A stretch of 64,000 nucleotides of DNA from Eledone cirrhosa. Its lineage: Eukaryota. The stretch covers positions 56,234,001 to 56,298,000 of the forward strand of contig OZ024742.1 in assembly GCA_964016885.1 (NCBI GenBank). The letters are read 5' to 3'. Numbering within the stretch: position 1 is the first letter of the stretch; every line of letters starts with the position of its first letter. Under the pieces are notes generated by a model. The model was not told the DNA's origin and did not search any database. It worked only from the letters and a program-made list of their open reading frames with translations. The position numbers and the translations under genes are program-made. Positions 35,898-50,590 of the stretch are shown here, one piece after another.

Positions 35898-36370
35898 TGA
35901 CGATATCAACCACGAACAGATCTAGAGAAAAATGAACTCTGCCATGTTTAAAACGCCGAAGAAGGCATCTTTACGATTCCATTAGGAGTTAGAATTGTAT
36001 GTCAGGGGCATGGCTACAGTAATTTTGTATTTTCTAATAGGAACGTGTGTTTATGTTCACATTTAGATTCGATCTTTTACCTTTCTCTAATACATAACTG
36101 TGTACTTAGTTCATTTCGTTTTTTTTTTTATATAAATAACAGATATTAATGTCATTTGTTTTGTTTTTCTGAGGGGGTCGGGATGCAAAGATTTTGACAG
36201 GTCATTTTTTTATATATATTCATACATTCTCTTGAAGTATATTGGAAATATCGCGCTATTGCTTATATTCTTCCTAAATCGATATATTTAACGCTTTTTT
36301 TATCTATATCTCAATATATATTCAACTTTTCACCGACATTATATAATATAATATATATATATATATATAT

Positions 36371-36459
<89 letters not shown>

Positions 36460-36568
36460 TATACATGATATATATATATATATATAAATATAATTGGTGT
36501 TGGATGCTTAAAGCGTCTGTATGTGGTAGGCCGTATGATCACTCGATGCTCTCATAGAGCAGAGTATG

Positions 36569-36859
36569 ATATCACAGAAAAAAAAGAGAATCAGTGTTGC
36601 GACGAATGGAATTTATTGGACATATTACAATCGTTTCTATGGCGACCAGGTCGAGGCACGATCGATGTGATGATCGAACCTGACTCTGAAAATCGCAAGG
36701 TCCTCAGATACGTCTTGATTCTACGAAGCAGATTTTCCTACGCAGAATCAGGTTTGATCATCACATCGATCGTGCCTCGAGCTGATCGCCAGAGAAACGA
36801 TTGTAATATGTCCAATAAATTCCATTCGTCGCAACATTGATTCTTTTTTTCTGTGATAT
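36569..36859. mobile_element. Head-to-head palindromic HHR element (family G)
   Basis: 36569-36689 is mirrored by 36743-36859. Confidence 0.85.
36619..36714 (-). ncRNA. Type I hammerhead with extended helix II
   Basis: GACGTAT-CTGAGGA-C...(CAGGTTCGA/TCGACCTG)...A-GAAA-CGATTG-TA^ATATGTC. Confidence 0.8.
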
Positions 36860-38364
36860 ATATAAGCGGGGAAAAGTATATGTTAAACGATGATGATGAT
36901 GATGAATATATATATATAGAGAGATGAAGTAAATTGATAGTGTTTTGTAAACTTGCCATATGCTAACTAAATCTCTTTCCTCTGATACCACTTCTGACAG
37001 CGGAATATATTTTATACGAACTTGTTCAGCATTTGCTAAATCTTATTTTTGAAGCTGTTTGTTTAGAATTTGCCACAAGTCCAGAGGAAAAAATGAGCTA
37101 ATTCGTGCACATTTACCTGTCAGTATCTGACAGTTACATGAATTGTGTTTTTCGCTGCCACCAGCTTGCCGTCTACTAATGCCAATCAGCCTGGTATATT
37201 AAGTTTGTTCCACGCTGCTTAAGGATATTGGCAAAAAAAAAACATGCAAATTTCCAAATTCATTTTGATGGAGAACGCCTTTAATATTTTACGCCTTAAG
37301 TATAAAAACGAGACAGTGTTTTTTTTATTTTTGCAGTGTCTCAGTTAAAAAATCTTTTCTGGCAGAAATTGGTTGCTCTCTCAGAGTAGTCATTTCTTTA
37401 AAATTCCTTTGCGTATTATTATTTTTTTTATATAGCATTTATTTTGCAAACCACCTTCTCGTGATGGAGATGACAACAAATACATTTTAACGGACATCGT
37501 ACATTGGCAAACTTTAACTCTGTTTTAATGTTTTAACTTGAATTCTTAAAATTTCCAAAATTGTAGTTTAACTAGCAACATATATTGTTCATTAGCAATA
37601 TATATATTGCTACCCAGAAATATATATTGCTTCTTAGCAATATATATTGGTTACTAATAACGGCATATCAATATTTGTTTGGACGCAACGTGACTGAATA
37701 GTTGATATGTGTCTTTGCAATTATTATGCCCCTGGTTTAATCCACTGTGGAACCTTTTGGGCAAGTGTGTAACCAAGACGTGTGAGTGAAATTCGATAGA
37801 CGCAGAGGGCTTAAAAACCCGTCGGATAGACAGTAAGTGGAATTGAAAGGGTCAGTGATATCACACACAATATTACACTGAATCTTCTTGAGAATTATGT
37901 TACTGCTAAGCGGCTTTTTGACATAATCAATCACTTGTACTTTCATTGCTCGATGTATTCAAACAATTGTAACCCTAATTGTCAGAAGCAACTCGGGTCC
38001 AGCACACACACTTTGCGTTGTTAATTCTTAACTTCATCGCTCATTGTCTCTTTCTGTATGTTAATATCAACTCAGTCTGTGTCCTGCTTCCTTTACATCT
38101 AACAGAAACATAAATTGGAATAATTTAAGTGAGAATGAATATTGTTCGAATCAGTGGTGTGGAGGGGGAAAAACAGTCGTCCACGAAAGGTCATTGCCCA
38201 GGCTTGTGCCTCGGAGGGGAACTTTCTAGGTGTAAATCCTATGGTCATTCATGACAGAAGGGGGTCATTATATATACATATGGCAAGTTTACAAACGACT
38301 ATCAATTTACTTTATCAATATATATATTCATCATCATCATCGTTTAATATATAATTTTCCATGC

Positions 38365-38408
<44 letters not shown>

Positions 38409-38542
38409 TGGGAAGCAGAACATTGCTTTTTGTGATCCAGTTCGTGGTTAAGAAAGCCAGTTTCATGGATGTTTTCAACGTACGGTTAGGGGTAACTCCA
38501 CAAGTTTGTAAGAATTCCGTTCAATCTTGGAGTATAAAGTAT

Positions 38543-39460
38543 AAAAGAGAAAACACAAGTAAGCATTAAGAGAAGGATGTTATCCAGGTATTTACGACCG
38601 TTTCATTGGTAAGTGCAACCTTATATTGCTATACTGCAAATAGCAGCCACTCAATTATAATTGTTGTTCACAGTCCAAATTTTCAAAATAGTGAGTAAGT
38701 TACTCTTGAAATAATTCTTAATATATAGAGAAAAACATTTATTTGGAATTGTATTTACTAGTATAGAGAGAGAGGATTCAGAAGGTGAGGGGACAAACGG
38801 AATAGTATAGATAGAGAGGAAGGGGGAAGAGGTAGGAAGTAGAGTGACAAACTGCGATGAGGGGAGGGGTAGAGGTGGAAGGATTCCTTGGTCAGTTTTG
38901 ATATGCAGACTTCATGTCGTGGAATGTAGTGAGTTAAAGAGAATTAAATTGATAGAGAGAGGGGGAGATATAAAGAGAGAAATATATATTTATCTCTTTA
39001 TATCTCCCCCCCCCCTCTCTCTCTCTCTCTATCCATCCGTCCCACTATCATCAATTTAATTCTCTTTAACTCACTACATTCCACGACATGAAGTCTGCAT
39101 ATCAAAACTGACCAAGGAATCCTTCCACCTCTACCCCTCCCTCCATCTCAGTTTGTCATTCTACTTCCTACCTCTTCCCCCTTCCTCTCTCTCTATACTA
39201 TTCCCTTTGTCGCTCCACCTTCTGATTCCTCTCTCTCTATACTAGTAAATACAATTCCAAACAAATGTTTTTCTCTATATATTAAGAATTATTTCAAGAG
39301 TAACTTACTCACTATTTTGAAAATTTGGACCGTGAACAACAATTATAATTGAGTGGCTGCTATTTGCAGTATAGAAATATAAGGTTGCACTTACCAATGA
39401 AACGGTCGTAAATACCTGGATAAAATCCTTCTCTTAATGCTTACCTGTGTTTTCTCTTTT
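38543..39460. repeat. ~920-bp near-perfect palindrome, TA-flanked
   Basis: Arms mirror around ~38990. Contains the HHR 3' half GAAA-CGGTCG-TA but no recognisable CUGANGA. Confidence 0.88.
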
Positions 39461-39474
39461 ATATATATATATAT

Positions 39475-39527
39475 ATAAATATAAGTGTGTATACGTACAT
39501 ACACATATGCATACAGACGTACAGTAG

Positions 39528-39574
<47 letters not shown>

Positions 39575-40285
39575 GCAAACATATATATATGTACGTATGG
39601 ATTCACCGAACATTTATTGTAATGCTCGGTGTGTTTGTAAACAAACATCCCGAATTAAGCCGTACAGTGTCTAACAACAATGGTTGCTCATTTGTTCAAC
39701 ACTGACAAAGGAACGCTGTACTAGTTTCAAGCTTATTAGCTATCGTCAGCAACGCATACCTTCCTGCCAGATGATTGAACGTCTGAAAGCATATACTTTC
39801 CCTATGCACATTATCGGCTGAGCAGCCTAATTTGCATATGGAGTGAGTTAATCCGCCGGGCGCACCGAAAACGACAAACGGAAAAAATGAAACGAAATTT
39901 CATTTCTCACGCTTAGTATGACCTGTTACTTAAATATAAGTATGTATACGTACATACACATATGTATACAGACGTACAGTAGTATGTATATATATACACA
40001 CATGCACACATATATATATATATGTACGTATGGATTCACCGAACATTTATTATAATGCTCGTTGTGTTTGTAAACAACGATCCCGAATTAAGCCGTACAG
40101 TGTCTAGCAACCAAAGTTGCTCATTTGTTCAACACTGACAAAGGAACGGTGTACTAGTTTCAAGCTTATAAGCTATCGTCAGCAACGTATACCCTCCTGC
40201 CAGATGATTGAACGTCTGAAAGCATATACTTTCCCTGTGCACATTAACGGCTGAGCAGCCTAATTTGCATATCGAGTTAGTTAAC
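39475..40285 (-). mobile_element. Tandem dimer of ~433-bp HHR units (family H)
   Basis: Two direct copies. HHRs at 39713-39755 and 40146-40188: GCGTTG-CTGACGA-TAGCT AATA AGCTT-GAAA-CTAG-TA^CAGCGT. Confidence 0.9.
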
Positions 40286-40322
40286 ATACACACACATATA
40301 TACATACATGTATGTATATATA

Positions 40323-40485
<163 letters not shown>

Positions 40486-41668
40486 GAGAGATATAAACAC
40501 CTATACACGTGTTACAATTGCAAAGGACCAAGTTGACTAGGTTGAAAAAAATACTAACTTAAAACAATATGGTTTGCCTGACCCGATTGGAAGTAATAAA
40601 TCAATAAAAAGAACAAACCTATATCGGGCAAAAGCCTTTGATACCTAGACAGACTTAAATCTGTTCCGCAAGAATTATTAAGTGAAAGACACTATTTCTG
40701 TGCTCTTCAGTAGGTATCCAAAAATTAGTAGACCTTTCACTTCTAAGAATCTAAGAAGACTGAACAATATGCTGATATAAAAGCACATGTTACAGCGCCT
40801 AGCGTGTCTCACTCATGCTGCTAAAAATAGCAGCCGGGTTTATGAGACTAAAGTTAGCTCTACGTACCGGAGCCGAGAATATCATACATTGAGTTAGAAA
40901 CTCAAAATAGTCTTGTACAATTAAATAGCTCAAAGAAAGAAATGTTTCCGAGCCGTGTAATATAATTGAATATATGAGAGAAATAAACACAGATATAAGT
41001 ATATATCTGTTCCAATTGCAAAGGACCAAGTTGACTAGGTTGAAAAAAATAATACTAACTTAAAACAAAATGGTTTGCCTGACCCGATTTAAAGTAATAA
41101 ATCAATAAAAAGAACAAACCTATATTGTAAAAGACTATTTTGAGTTTCTAACTCAATGTATGATATTATCAGCTCCGGTACGTAGAGCTAATTTTAGTCT
41201 CATAAACCCTGCTGCTATTTTTAGCGGCATGAGTATGTGAGACACGCTAGGCACTGTAACATGTGCTTTTTTATAAAAGTAATACTGTTCAGTCTTCTTA
41301 GATTCTTAGAAGTGAAAGGTCTACTAAGTTTTGGATACCTACCGAAGAACACAGAAATAGTGTATTTCACTTAATAATTCTTGCGAAACATATTTAAGTA
41401 TGTCTGGGTATCAAAGGCTTTTGCCCGATATAGGTTTGTTCTTTTTATTGATTTATTACTTTAAATGGGGTCAGGCAAACCATATTATTTTAAGTTAGTA
41501 TTTTTTCAACCTAGTCAACTTGGTCCTTTGCAATTGGAACAGATATATACTTATATCTGTGTTTATCTCTCTCATATATTCAATTATATTACACGGCTCG
41601 AACAAATTTCTTTCTTTCTTGGAGCTATTTAATTGTAAAAGACTATTTTAAGTTTCTAACTCAATGTA
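40486..41668. mobile_element. ~490-bp unit in tandem plus inverted array (family I); no HHR found
   Basis: 40486-40625 is repeated at 40976-41125, and 41126-41668 is inverted. A diverged relative lies at 49612-50140. Confidence 0.85.
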
Positions 41669-41866
41669 TATATATATATATAAAGGTTTAACCCCGCCCG
41701 ACGGCAGAGCTCAAGCCGTTTCGACGGCTATTTCTGAAAAAGCCGTCGAAACGGCTTGAGCTCTGCCGTCGGGGTTAAACATTTTCATATTACCCACTCT
41801 ACTACCGTAAGTATTGAGTACTCTGGTGCGTTATGGTCCATCTGGTTCCTTACCACGCTTCCTTCG

Positions 41867-41957
<91 letters not shown>

Positions 41958-42068
41958 CTTGCTTTGCAGGGTTATCGTGTATTGAAACAAATAAATCACT
42001 GTGTTTTATTATTATTTCTGGGCATATTATAACAATATGACCCTCCCCAAGTATAACAATATACATAC

Positions 42069-42168
<100 letters not shown>

Positions 42169-42724
42169 TGTTGGTTGTGATGGTATTGATGATGATGGTG
42201 ATGTTTGTTGGGATACTGATGGCATTTATGTTGCTGTCGTCCTTGTCGTTGGTTAAAGGTGTTGTTGTTGTGTTGGCGGTTATTAATGTTATGATGTTCA
42301 GTCATGGTACTTGTAACGATGGTTTCGCATGGCGAATTGAAATTAGTATTAACTGTCGCTATGATTTCGAGTAAAAGGTTTCTCTGAACTTTTATGTAGA
42401 CTACTACATGTTTTCATCATCTTCAAAAGTGAGAAACCTTTATCAATTCCTATAAAATCTTAAACCAAATATTACTTATTGATTTTTTACATAGGCAGGT
42501 AGGATCAAAGTTGAAGTGTCATAAGATTACTTGACATCACATCCCTGTCTTAAAAAGAATATTTGTGACTTAGCAAAAGAGACATCTGGGTCATAGTCTT
42601 CTTTTACTAAGAGCTTAACATTTGTCTGCAGCTCTCACTATACCATAGAATAATTTCTAACATTTAACCGACCTTTCTGTAAAATATGATGTTTTATTTC
42701 TTTATTGTTGTGTTGGTCGCTGTC

Positions 42725-42955
42725 AATGATGATGTTCATAACGATGATGATGACGATGACGACAATGGAAAATGATAGTATTGATGGTGGTGTTTATGTT
42801 GACGATGATAATGAAGATGACGATGACGATGCAGGGTTTGATGATGGTGTTGTTGTTGTTGTTGATGATGATGATGCTGGTGATGCTGATGGTGGTGGTG
42901 GTGTTGATGATTATAATGATGATGAGGACAGCAATGATGATGCTGATGGTCATGA
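42725..42955. repeat. (GAT/GTT/GGT)n trinucleotide-rich low-complexity tract
   Basis: Direct inspection. Confidence 0.8.
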
Positions 42956-45559
42956 CCATAATTTTAACAGTAAAACTCAATTCCAGTTTGATGATAGGAA
43001 AGGGAAAATATAATTATCTGAGATACACATATTAAACATATGAACCGCAAACACTAAGATAAAATATGTGATATATCTCTGAACAATTGACGAAATACCT
43101 AAATGATATAATCTAAAACGTGGTTGAAAATAATAGCATACTAGTGTGGATAATTTTCTCTCAGTTAATATAGTAAAATCCAAATGTTGAATTGTAGGTG
43201 ATAACACTTTCATTGGAATTCCATTCATAACCGTGCTGTATATAAATTAAACGCAAAAATAAAAATAAAAAAGAAATATCTAATCCAGTATGCTTCAAAC
43301 GGTGTACGACAAAATTAATGAAGTTATGTTTTAAAACACGAAAATAGAAATGCAGCTGCAATGTGGTTATGTTTATCTCAAATATGTCTAAACATGGAGA
43401 GAATCGCCAAAAAACATCAAGCTCGTATTTCTTATTCATAAATTTATTTCATTTATTGAATAAACATGTAAGTACTTAATTCTCTCTAGATTAGAATATG
43501 TATGTTAATACGCTAAAAGACATAAATAACAATCTTTAATATATTTTGTTTTACGTTTTCGCATAAAGTCTGGCAAAATGTCTATATTGGCTCTCACGCG
43601 CGTCAGGTGTAAAAAACAATAATGAGACAAAAATGAATAGCAAAGATATAAATGTTGGGTTTCAAGTTATTGAGATTGATATCCTGCAGAAGGAAATGGT
43701 TCTGGCAATCAAGCTGTGGTGTACTTCGTTATAGAAACAGATAAACATGTTTTATGCTACAAAACAAGTTTTTGTAAAAGCAATGTTGCTAAGTATTTTG
43801 TGATATTAAATCGAATTTTAAAAATGCACGCCTTCCATGTTTTCTTGTTAGTTACTTACCTGTTTTGTCCTCATGAATTACGGAAAAAAATAAGAAAGCA
43901 GCAGAAAATAGGAGATTGCATTTGTTTAATCACCCAAGACATATATTCTAAGATAGATTATGTTCAATACCTTGTATTTCCTGCGGGTGGAAATGTTGTT
44001 TTAATCTACTTCAGTATTATACTATTTTGTATGATATCATACCCCAGAGATGAAGGTAAAATAGAAGCTGACGGGACTTGAACTCAAAGGTCATTCGGAT
44101 GTACTCCAAAAAACAAGAAATGTTTTGTTTGCATCTCTACCGATGTTGTCTTTCCCAGCCACAATTTAACAAAAGGCAGAGCTACTGAGTAAATTTATCA
44201 AATGTCAGCTTTTTATATTTGTACCAGTTAAATAAAATCATAGCATGCTTTATAATGGGGTTGTATGCGAAAGCATAGAGAATATGTTTATGTAAAATAA
44301 ACATATCTTATATGCTTTCATATAAACCCGTATGAATTTTTTGTAAAATTATTGCAATGAATTCTCCCCGTACAAGAAGCTCATTTTTCTTTTCTTTCAT
44401 GTATCTTCTTTCTTATTTTTTGTACCAAACTGCATGAAACTTCACCTCATTCTACGTTACAAAACTTTATTTTAAAGTGTATATTTTTATCTAGAGAGCT
44501 TGCACCATATTTTCATGTGAAGAGCTCTTTTAACCTATATTTTAAAAATCAGCTTCATAATGAGAAACTTATATTACTAAACCCTTTAAAATTCCTTATC
44601 ATAAACAGTATCTATCGCTAGAAATATTGTAACGAAAGGATTAACAAATTATTGTTTTCTACACAGATATCTAATTATTATATGTCCTTATATTTACAGA
44701 AAATGTTTAAATGTCTTCTTTCTATAAAGTTCTTAATCCACGCCTCCAATTTTTATATAAATTTGTCTTATTACCATTTGTTTTTCTGTGACACCCTCTA
44801 TATCCTAGGGATGTGTATAATTATGAGACTGAGTAAAGAAACGGCTATTATTTATGATGTTGTTATTATTGCCTTGTGTTGTTATTTTTTTATTTTCTAT
44901 GTTTTGGTCGTAATTGTTGTTGCTACTAAACTTCTTATTGTAAGTTTTATTTGTACTGAGTCTTTTTTAATTTGCGTGTGCCGTGTGATTGTATCGTATT
45001 GAACAGCTGCCAGTGAAGGTATTTAATTTATTTCTATAATAAGCCGCGTATAAGCAGATGTCTAAAACTAACGTGTAAAAATAATAACTGAACATTTCTG
45101 TAAACAAGCATCAACACGGAATTTTGAGTATAGTGGACGGAAAATTCCTATCGATCATTCATGTGCTGCTGAATAATCGATAATTATTTTCAAGAAATTC
45201 AATGGCAGACGCTTTTCTATGGGACGAATTCCTGGCCGAATTTAGGCCCAGTGATGATATAGTAACAGCCCAACAATGATTTCTCTTTGATATTTCCTTT
45301 GTCTAACGTATGGGAAATTATAACGTAGGTGCATTTATTGTCATCTTTATAGAGAAATGTAAATGAATGCTAAGTCATTCAATTTAGTCTTACTGACTTA
45401 CATCTTATGAGGACTCTGCTGAAAAAATACTGTACATACGCAGAAAAATGTTTAAATATTTCTTGCTATATTAATTTTATTTATCTCCAGCAAATTACAA
45501 AAAAAAAACCGTATTGCAATACTACAAATCTCACGAAATCAACCAAGCATAGAATAAGG

Positions 45560-45762
45560 ATTTCTAATCTTGGCAAAAGGCCAGCAATGTACAGGAAGTG
45601 AATGCCGGCACAACAACTTGAGTGGTACTTTATTTTATCGACCCCGAAATGAGGAAAGGCGAAGTTAACCTCGGTGAGATTTGAACTTAGAATGTAAACA
45701 GCTGGAGCAAAGAATGCTAACCCTTTGTCTGACGCTCAAATGACTCTGCTAATCCACCACCC
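45560..45762 (-). mobile_element. SINE family S1, diverged
   Basis: GGTACTTTATTTTATCGACCCCGAAATGAGGAAAGGCGAAGTTAACCTCGG. Confidence 0.7.
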
Positions 45763-47026
45763 AAACAAATATCAAATAACAAACGGAACAGCTTCATGTC
45801 TTGAAAAAATGCACTGGCAGTTTGGTGTATTGAGATCTTAGCAATGTTTTAAACAATGTGTTTTTCCGTCATATTAGCATATTCGACCAACTGATGTGTG
45901 ATGATCTGTTACCAATGCTTACTTATGTTCTTGCTTTACAACTTTTATTTAGTGTGTACAGAAAACAGTTGAAATTTATATCAAGTTTTTTTTTTCTCAT
46001 TTGGATCTTTATCATAGTCAATACTCTACACAATTTAAATTTCTTGCGCGTTGTTTCAAGAGAAATCTAGAAAATTATCGCTTTTCCTTAAACCAATTTC
46101 ATTTGAAATCAAATGCATGTGAAACTCACATAGGTTACACATAAGCGTGCATAGCCTCAACAATATTTCTACCCATAACGAATCTGCCATGTTTTAATCT
46201 AATGCAGAAGATAAATGGATTCAGGTATCTAAAACATTGGATTGTTTAAAGACATGAGAAATAACGTATGTAGAATTTAACTTACAACTAAAGGAATCCA
46301 TCTTCATTCAAATTGCTTCACTGACCCATGAGAATGAATTAACATAATTATAATAGCTCTCCACTTCAGTAAACATGAAATACATGCGATTGGGTATGGA
46401 TTCCTGACCAAAATCCTTTTACAATAACAGTGGGCGTCGTTTATAGTAGATCGTTACAATCTGGTAATGGATAGGCTGTTTTATGTAGGAATTTATATTT
46501 TGTCCGGCACATTTATGCGGTTCCTCGGCTTATGAAAGGGTTTATATTGACCCAAATCAAGATCAAAGGTTACATCCAAACATTACTATTAGTATCAATG
46601 GTTATAGTTAAGTTATATTCTTTTAGAAAATCTGTGCAGGCGTTCCTTATTCGTTTCTAGATTTCTACTATTCCTACTAATAGTGGAGAGGGCAACATCG
46701 CGATTTAACCCCCTTAAAACAAAGAGAAGATACCTTATAGCTTGCTTAGTGTAAGTAAATACCAATTAAGTCAGTGACCTGAGTAGAATCACTTAATCCA
46801 ATAGTGATATTAAAATTATCAGGACGGTTTTGTAGGGTCCAAATGCTCCCATCGATTTCAATTATTGTCTTCTTTACGGTTGTTATTTCAGCCCTGGTTA
46901 AGTTACTTGTGTGTCTCGCCATATTTAGAGCTCTATGGGAGATTGAAAAGTAATAATTCTAGAAACAATTGGAGAAATAATTGTATACATTATGGATGGA
47001 ATTTTAACAACCTTGGTTTTCATTTC

Positions 47027-47061
<35 letters not shown>

Positions 47062-47169
47062 CAGCGAGATTCGTATTTCGGCAGGGTCGATAATATGCGA
47101 AACGCAATATCAGAGTTATGCTGGCAAGAGCTCCATGGACCAGAAAGAGACCAGAGCAATAAACATAGG

Positions 47170-47220
<51 letters not shown>

Positions 47221-47353
47221 GAGTATTGCGGTATTGCGTACATATGACAAGATACCATGCATATATCGAAGAGATACTTTACCGTTTTATATAACTATAT
47301 TTTAATATACAATACGTGATCTTATATCTGAGACTAACTTTTCAGATTTCATA

Positions 47354-47537
47354 TAATTGTTTCTACTTTTGGCACAAGGTCAGCAATTATCCCAAAGCGT
47401 TACTGGTTTATCAACCCCGTAAGGATGAAAGGCAAAGTTAATCTCGGGGGGATTTGACGTCAGAACGCAAAGCGCCATAACTCTATGCTGTAAAGCATGG
47501 TGTCTGACGCTCTACCGATACTGCCAATTCACCGCTC
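47354..47537 (-). mobile_element. SINE family S1
   Basis: Homologous to 29038-29226. Confidence 0.78.
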
Positions 47538-48260
47538 ATAGCTACGCCATATTCTTTTTTACACTCTGTCCCCGCTTCTCTCTCTACGTCACACAAACAC
47601 ACAGTATTTCTCGTCCTATTTGTCTTTACCTTTCTCTCTATATATTTCTTCATCTATTTATCTGCCTCTCTCACATTCTCACACAAATGGTCCACTGAAA
47701 CTACTAACTTGGTTCATTGTAACACAAATGTTTTAATACTTTTGAACACCCTGTCTTAGTATATTGAACGTTGGTAATCGAATACTAAAATAGATGTTCA
47801 AAGTATTTCAGTGAGCACACGCACAGCAGGTGAAAACGTTATAGTATCATTTTCCTTGTTTACTTAATAGGCATCCACTTTTTCAATTTCATTCTTTACA
47901 TATTTCATTATATTTTTATATTCTGCTTTCCGTTTTTTTTACAAACTTTGATGAGATTTTTTTAAATTCTGCTAAATTTTCAGCTTCACTAAAATCAGAC
48001 CTACAGAAAATAAAGAACATTTAAAGCACAGTTACAGATAACCAGCGAAAGTTAATGCTAAGCTCAGATCAGTTACATATAGTAACATAGTTATCCACAC
48101 ACAATAGAAGAAAGTATGCAATTCCAAATATCTAAACACATGTGTCAAATATTCATATATATATATATATATATATATATAATCTTATATTAGTACGTAT
48201 ATATAATACTTATTTATATTTATATATATAAATATATATATATATATTCATTTATAAATA

Positions 48261-48307
<47 letters not shown>

Positions 48308-48500
48308 CCATATATATATATACATACGTATTTATATATATATATATATATACATATATACATATATATATACATATATATATATACATATATATATATA
48401 CATATATATATACATATATATATATATTCCAAGACATGTATACTTGTATCAGTATTCATCCCTCTCATATATTTATTTGTATATATATACATATATATAT

Positions 48501-48588
<88 letters not shown>

Positions 48589-49129
48589 AGATTACCTGGT
48601 ATACTAGTTTTTACACTCTTAAGATGTACTCGTTTCTTTAAAAAGAAACTGACATAATGGATGCTGAGTTTTGTCTGAGTGAATCGCCGCTGGTAACAGA
48701 TCGCAAACTATATAACAATGAAGAAATTTACTTATACAGGAGAAAAATAAAGATATTTATACTGAGACACACCAACATATGTGCTTTGAAAGACTTGTTT
48801 AGATTTCATTAATGCAAATCTTCTTTGATGTCTTATCATTCACGATAGAACCTCTAGTTATGAAAGTGAACAGCGCGCACACAATTGTGTTCATATTTTC
48901 TTACAATTCCACGCAGATATACACAGATATTAGTGCAATATGTTGAAATGCTTATATATATATATATATATCTGTGTGTGTGTGTGAGGTTGTGTATGTG
49001 TGTGTGAGAGTGTGTGTGTGTTTGTATGTGTATGTGAGGGTGTGTGTGTGATATGTAGCATTATACTACTTACATACATACGTACACATAAAAAGTAACA
49101 AAGTTTAACTGACACCTGTTATATATATA

Positions 49130-49174
<45 letters not shown>

Positions 49175-49227
49175 TATGTATAATGTGTCACTCCTCTCCT
49201 CTCTCTCTTCTGCCCTCTCTCTCTCTT

Positions 49228-49263
<36 letters not shown>

Positions 49264-49276
49264 AATATATATATAA

Positions 49277-49338
<62 letters not shown>

Positions 49339-49439
49339 GAACATATACAAAGTGTCGCAAAAATATGTATAAACACAGCATTCTAATGATTATTGCCTGT
49401 ATAGGTATTCAGAGTGTGCGTAAATTGTTTTGGGACACC

Positions 49440-49608
<169 letters not shown>

Positions 49609-50327
49609 CAGTGTCTAGCTACCGCATACTCGTGCTGCTAGAAATAACAGCCGTTTATATGGGTTAAATTTAGCTCTACGTAAGGAGCAGTGATACTTAT
49701 ATATAATAATGAGTTCAAATCTCAGGTAGTCCTTTACAATGAAATAGCTCAAAGAAAGAAGTATTTCTGAGCCGTGTAATACAAGTTAATATAAATTAAC
49801 ATATTTGATAAACACAAACTTATTTGGATTTTAAGGTTTAAACCAGTCTACGGAACAGGTTTGATTTTGAAATTTAAATTTGTCCAAGCACCACGGCCAT
49901 TTGCCAATATACTTTGTTTTTATTGATTTATTATTTTAAATCGAGACAGGCAAACTGTATTATTATAATTAGTATTTTTCAATCTAGCTAACTTAGTCAT
50001 TTACAATACAAACATTGATATGTTGGTATTTGTGTTTATCAAATATATTAATTGATATTAACTTGTATTACACGGCTCAGAAATACTTCTTTTTTTGAGC
50101 TATTTCATTGTAAAGGACTACCTGAGATTTGAACTCATTATTAATAGTATATATATACATATATAATATATACACATATATATATATATGTACATATACA
50201 CACACCATCTCACTATAATTCTTTATTTTCATTTTTATATATTTTTGTTTATTACTTCTATTTATATTTTTTGTCTTTTAAACATTTAGCCTTTCTTGAG
50301 CTATTTTCAAATATCTCACTATGTTAT

Positions 50328-50402
50328 ATTGCTTCATCTGACGAACGAATGCGACGTCTCTTGTGTTCGTCCTGTTCAGGAAACCTCGGGTAATGAGGTA
50401 AT
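50328..50402 (+). ncRNA. Type I hammerhead with a 9-nt insertion before GAAA
   Basis: ATTGCTTCAT-CTGACGA-ACGAATGCGA/TTGTGTTCGT-CCTGTTCAG-GAAA-CCTCGGG-TA^ATGAGGTAAT. Confidence 0.75.
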
Positions 50403-50590
50403 TATTTCTGTGTTGTTTATTATACATTAAATATATATATATATATTCAGATAAATCTACACTCAATGGTAGGGTCTAAACCCGTATAAAGAACTCAATG
50501 TGATCCGTATGTAGAAGATGTCGTGAAGCAAAGTTTAAAATATAAAAATTGTTATCAACGATATAATTCAATTGGATACAGAGTTTAAAT

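Noticed and set aside
40685-40715. Minus-strand CTGAAGA-GCACA-GAAA in family I
   Set aside because: No helix II or helix I, and the core is altered in the inverted copy.
42705-43035. Asp-rich ORF
   Set aside because: A (GAT)n low-complexity repeat.
43716-44081. ORF containing LVFPAG as a peptidase exon
   Set aside because: Wrong strand and no further similarity; the real FPAGILQ exon is at 3434-3485.
45402-45418. Possible 17-nt micro-exon (ttttcag...gtaagt) on the minus strand
   Set aside because: It would shift the frame between two exons that already join in phase.
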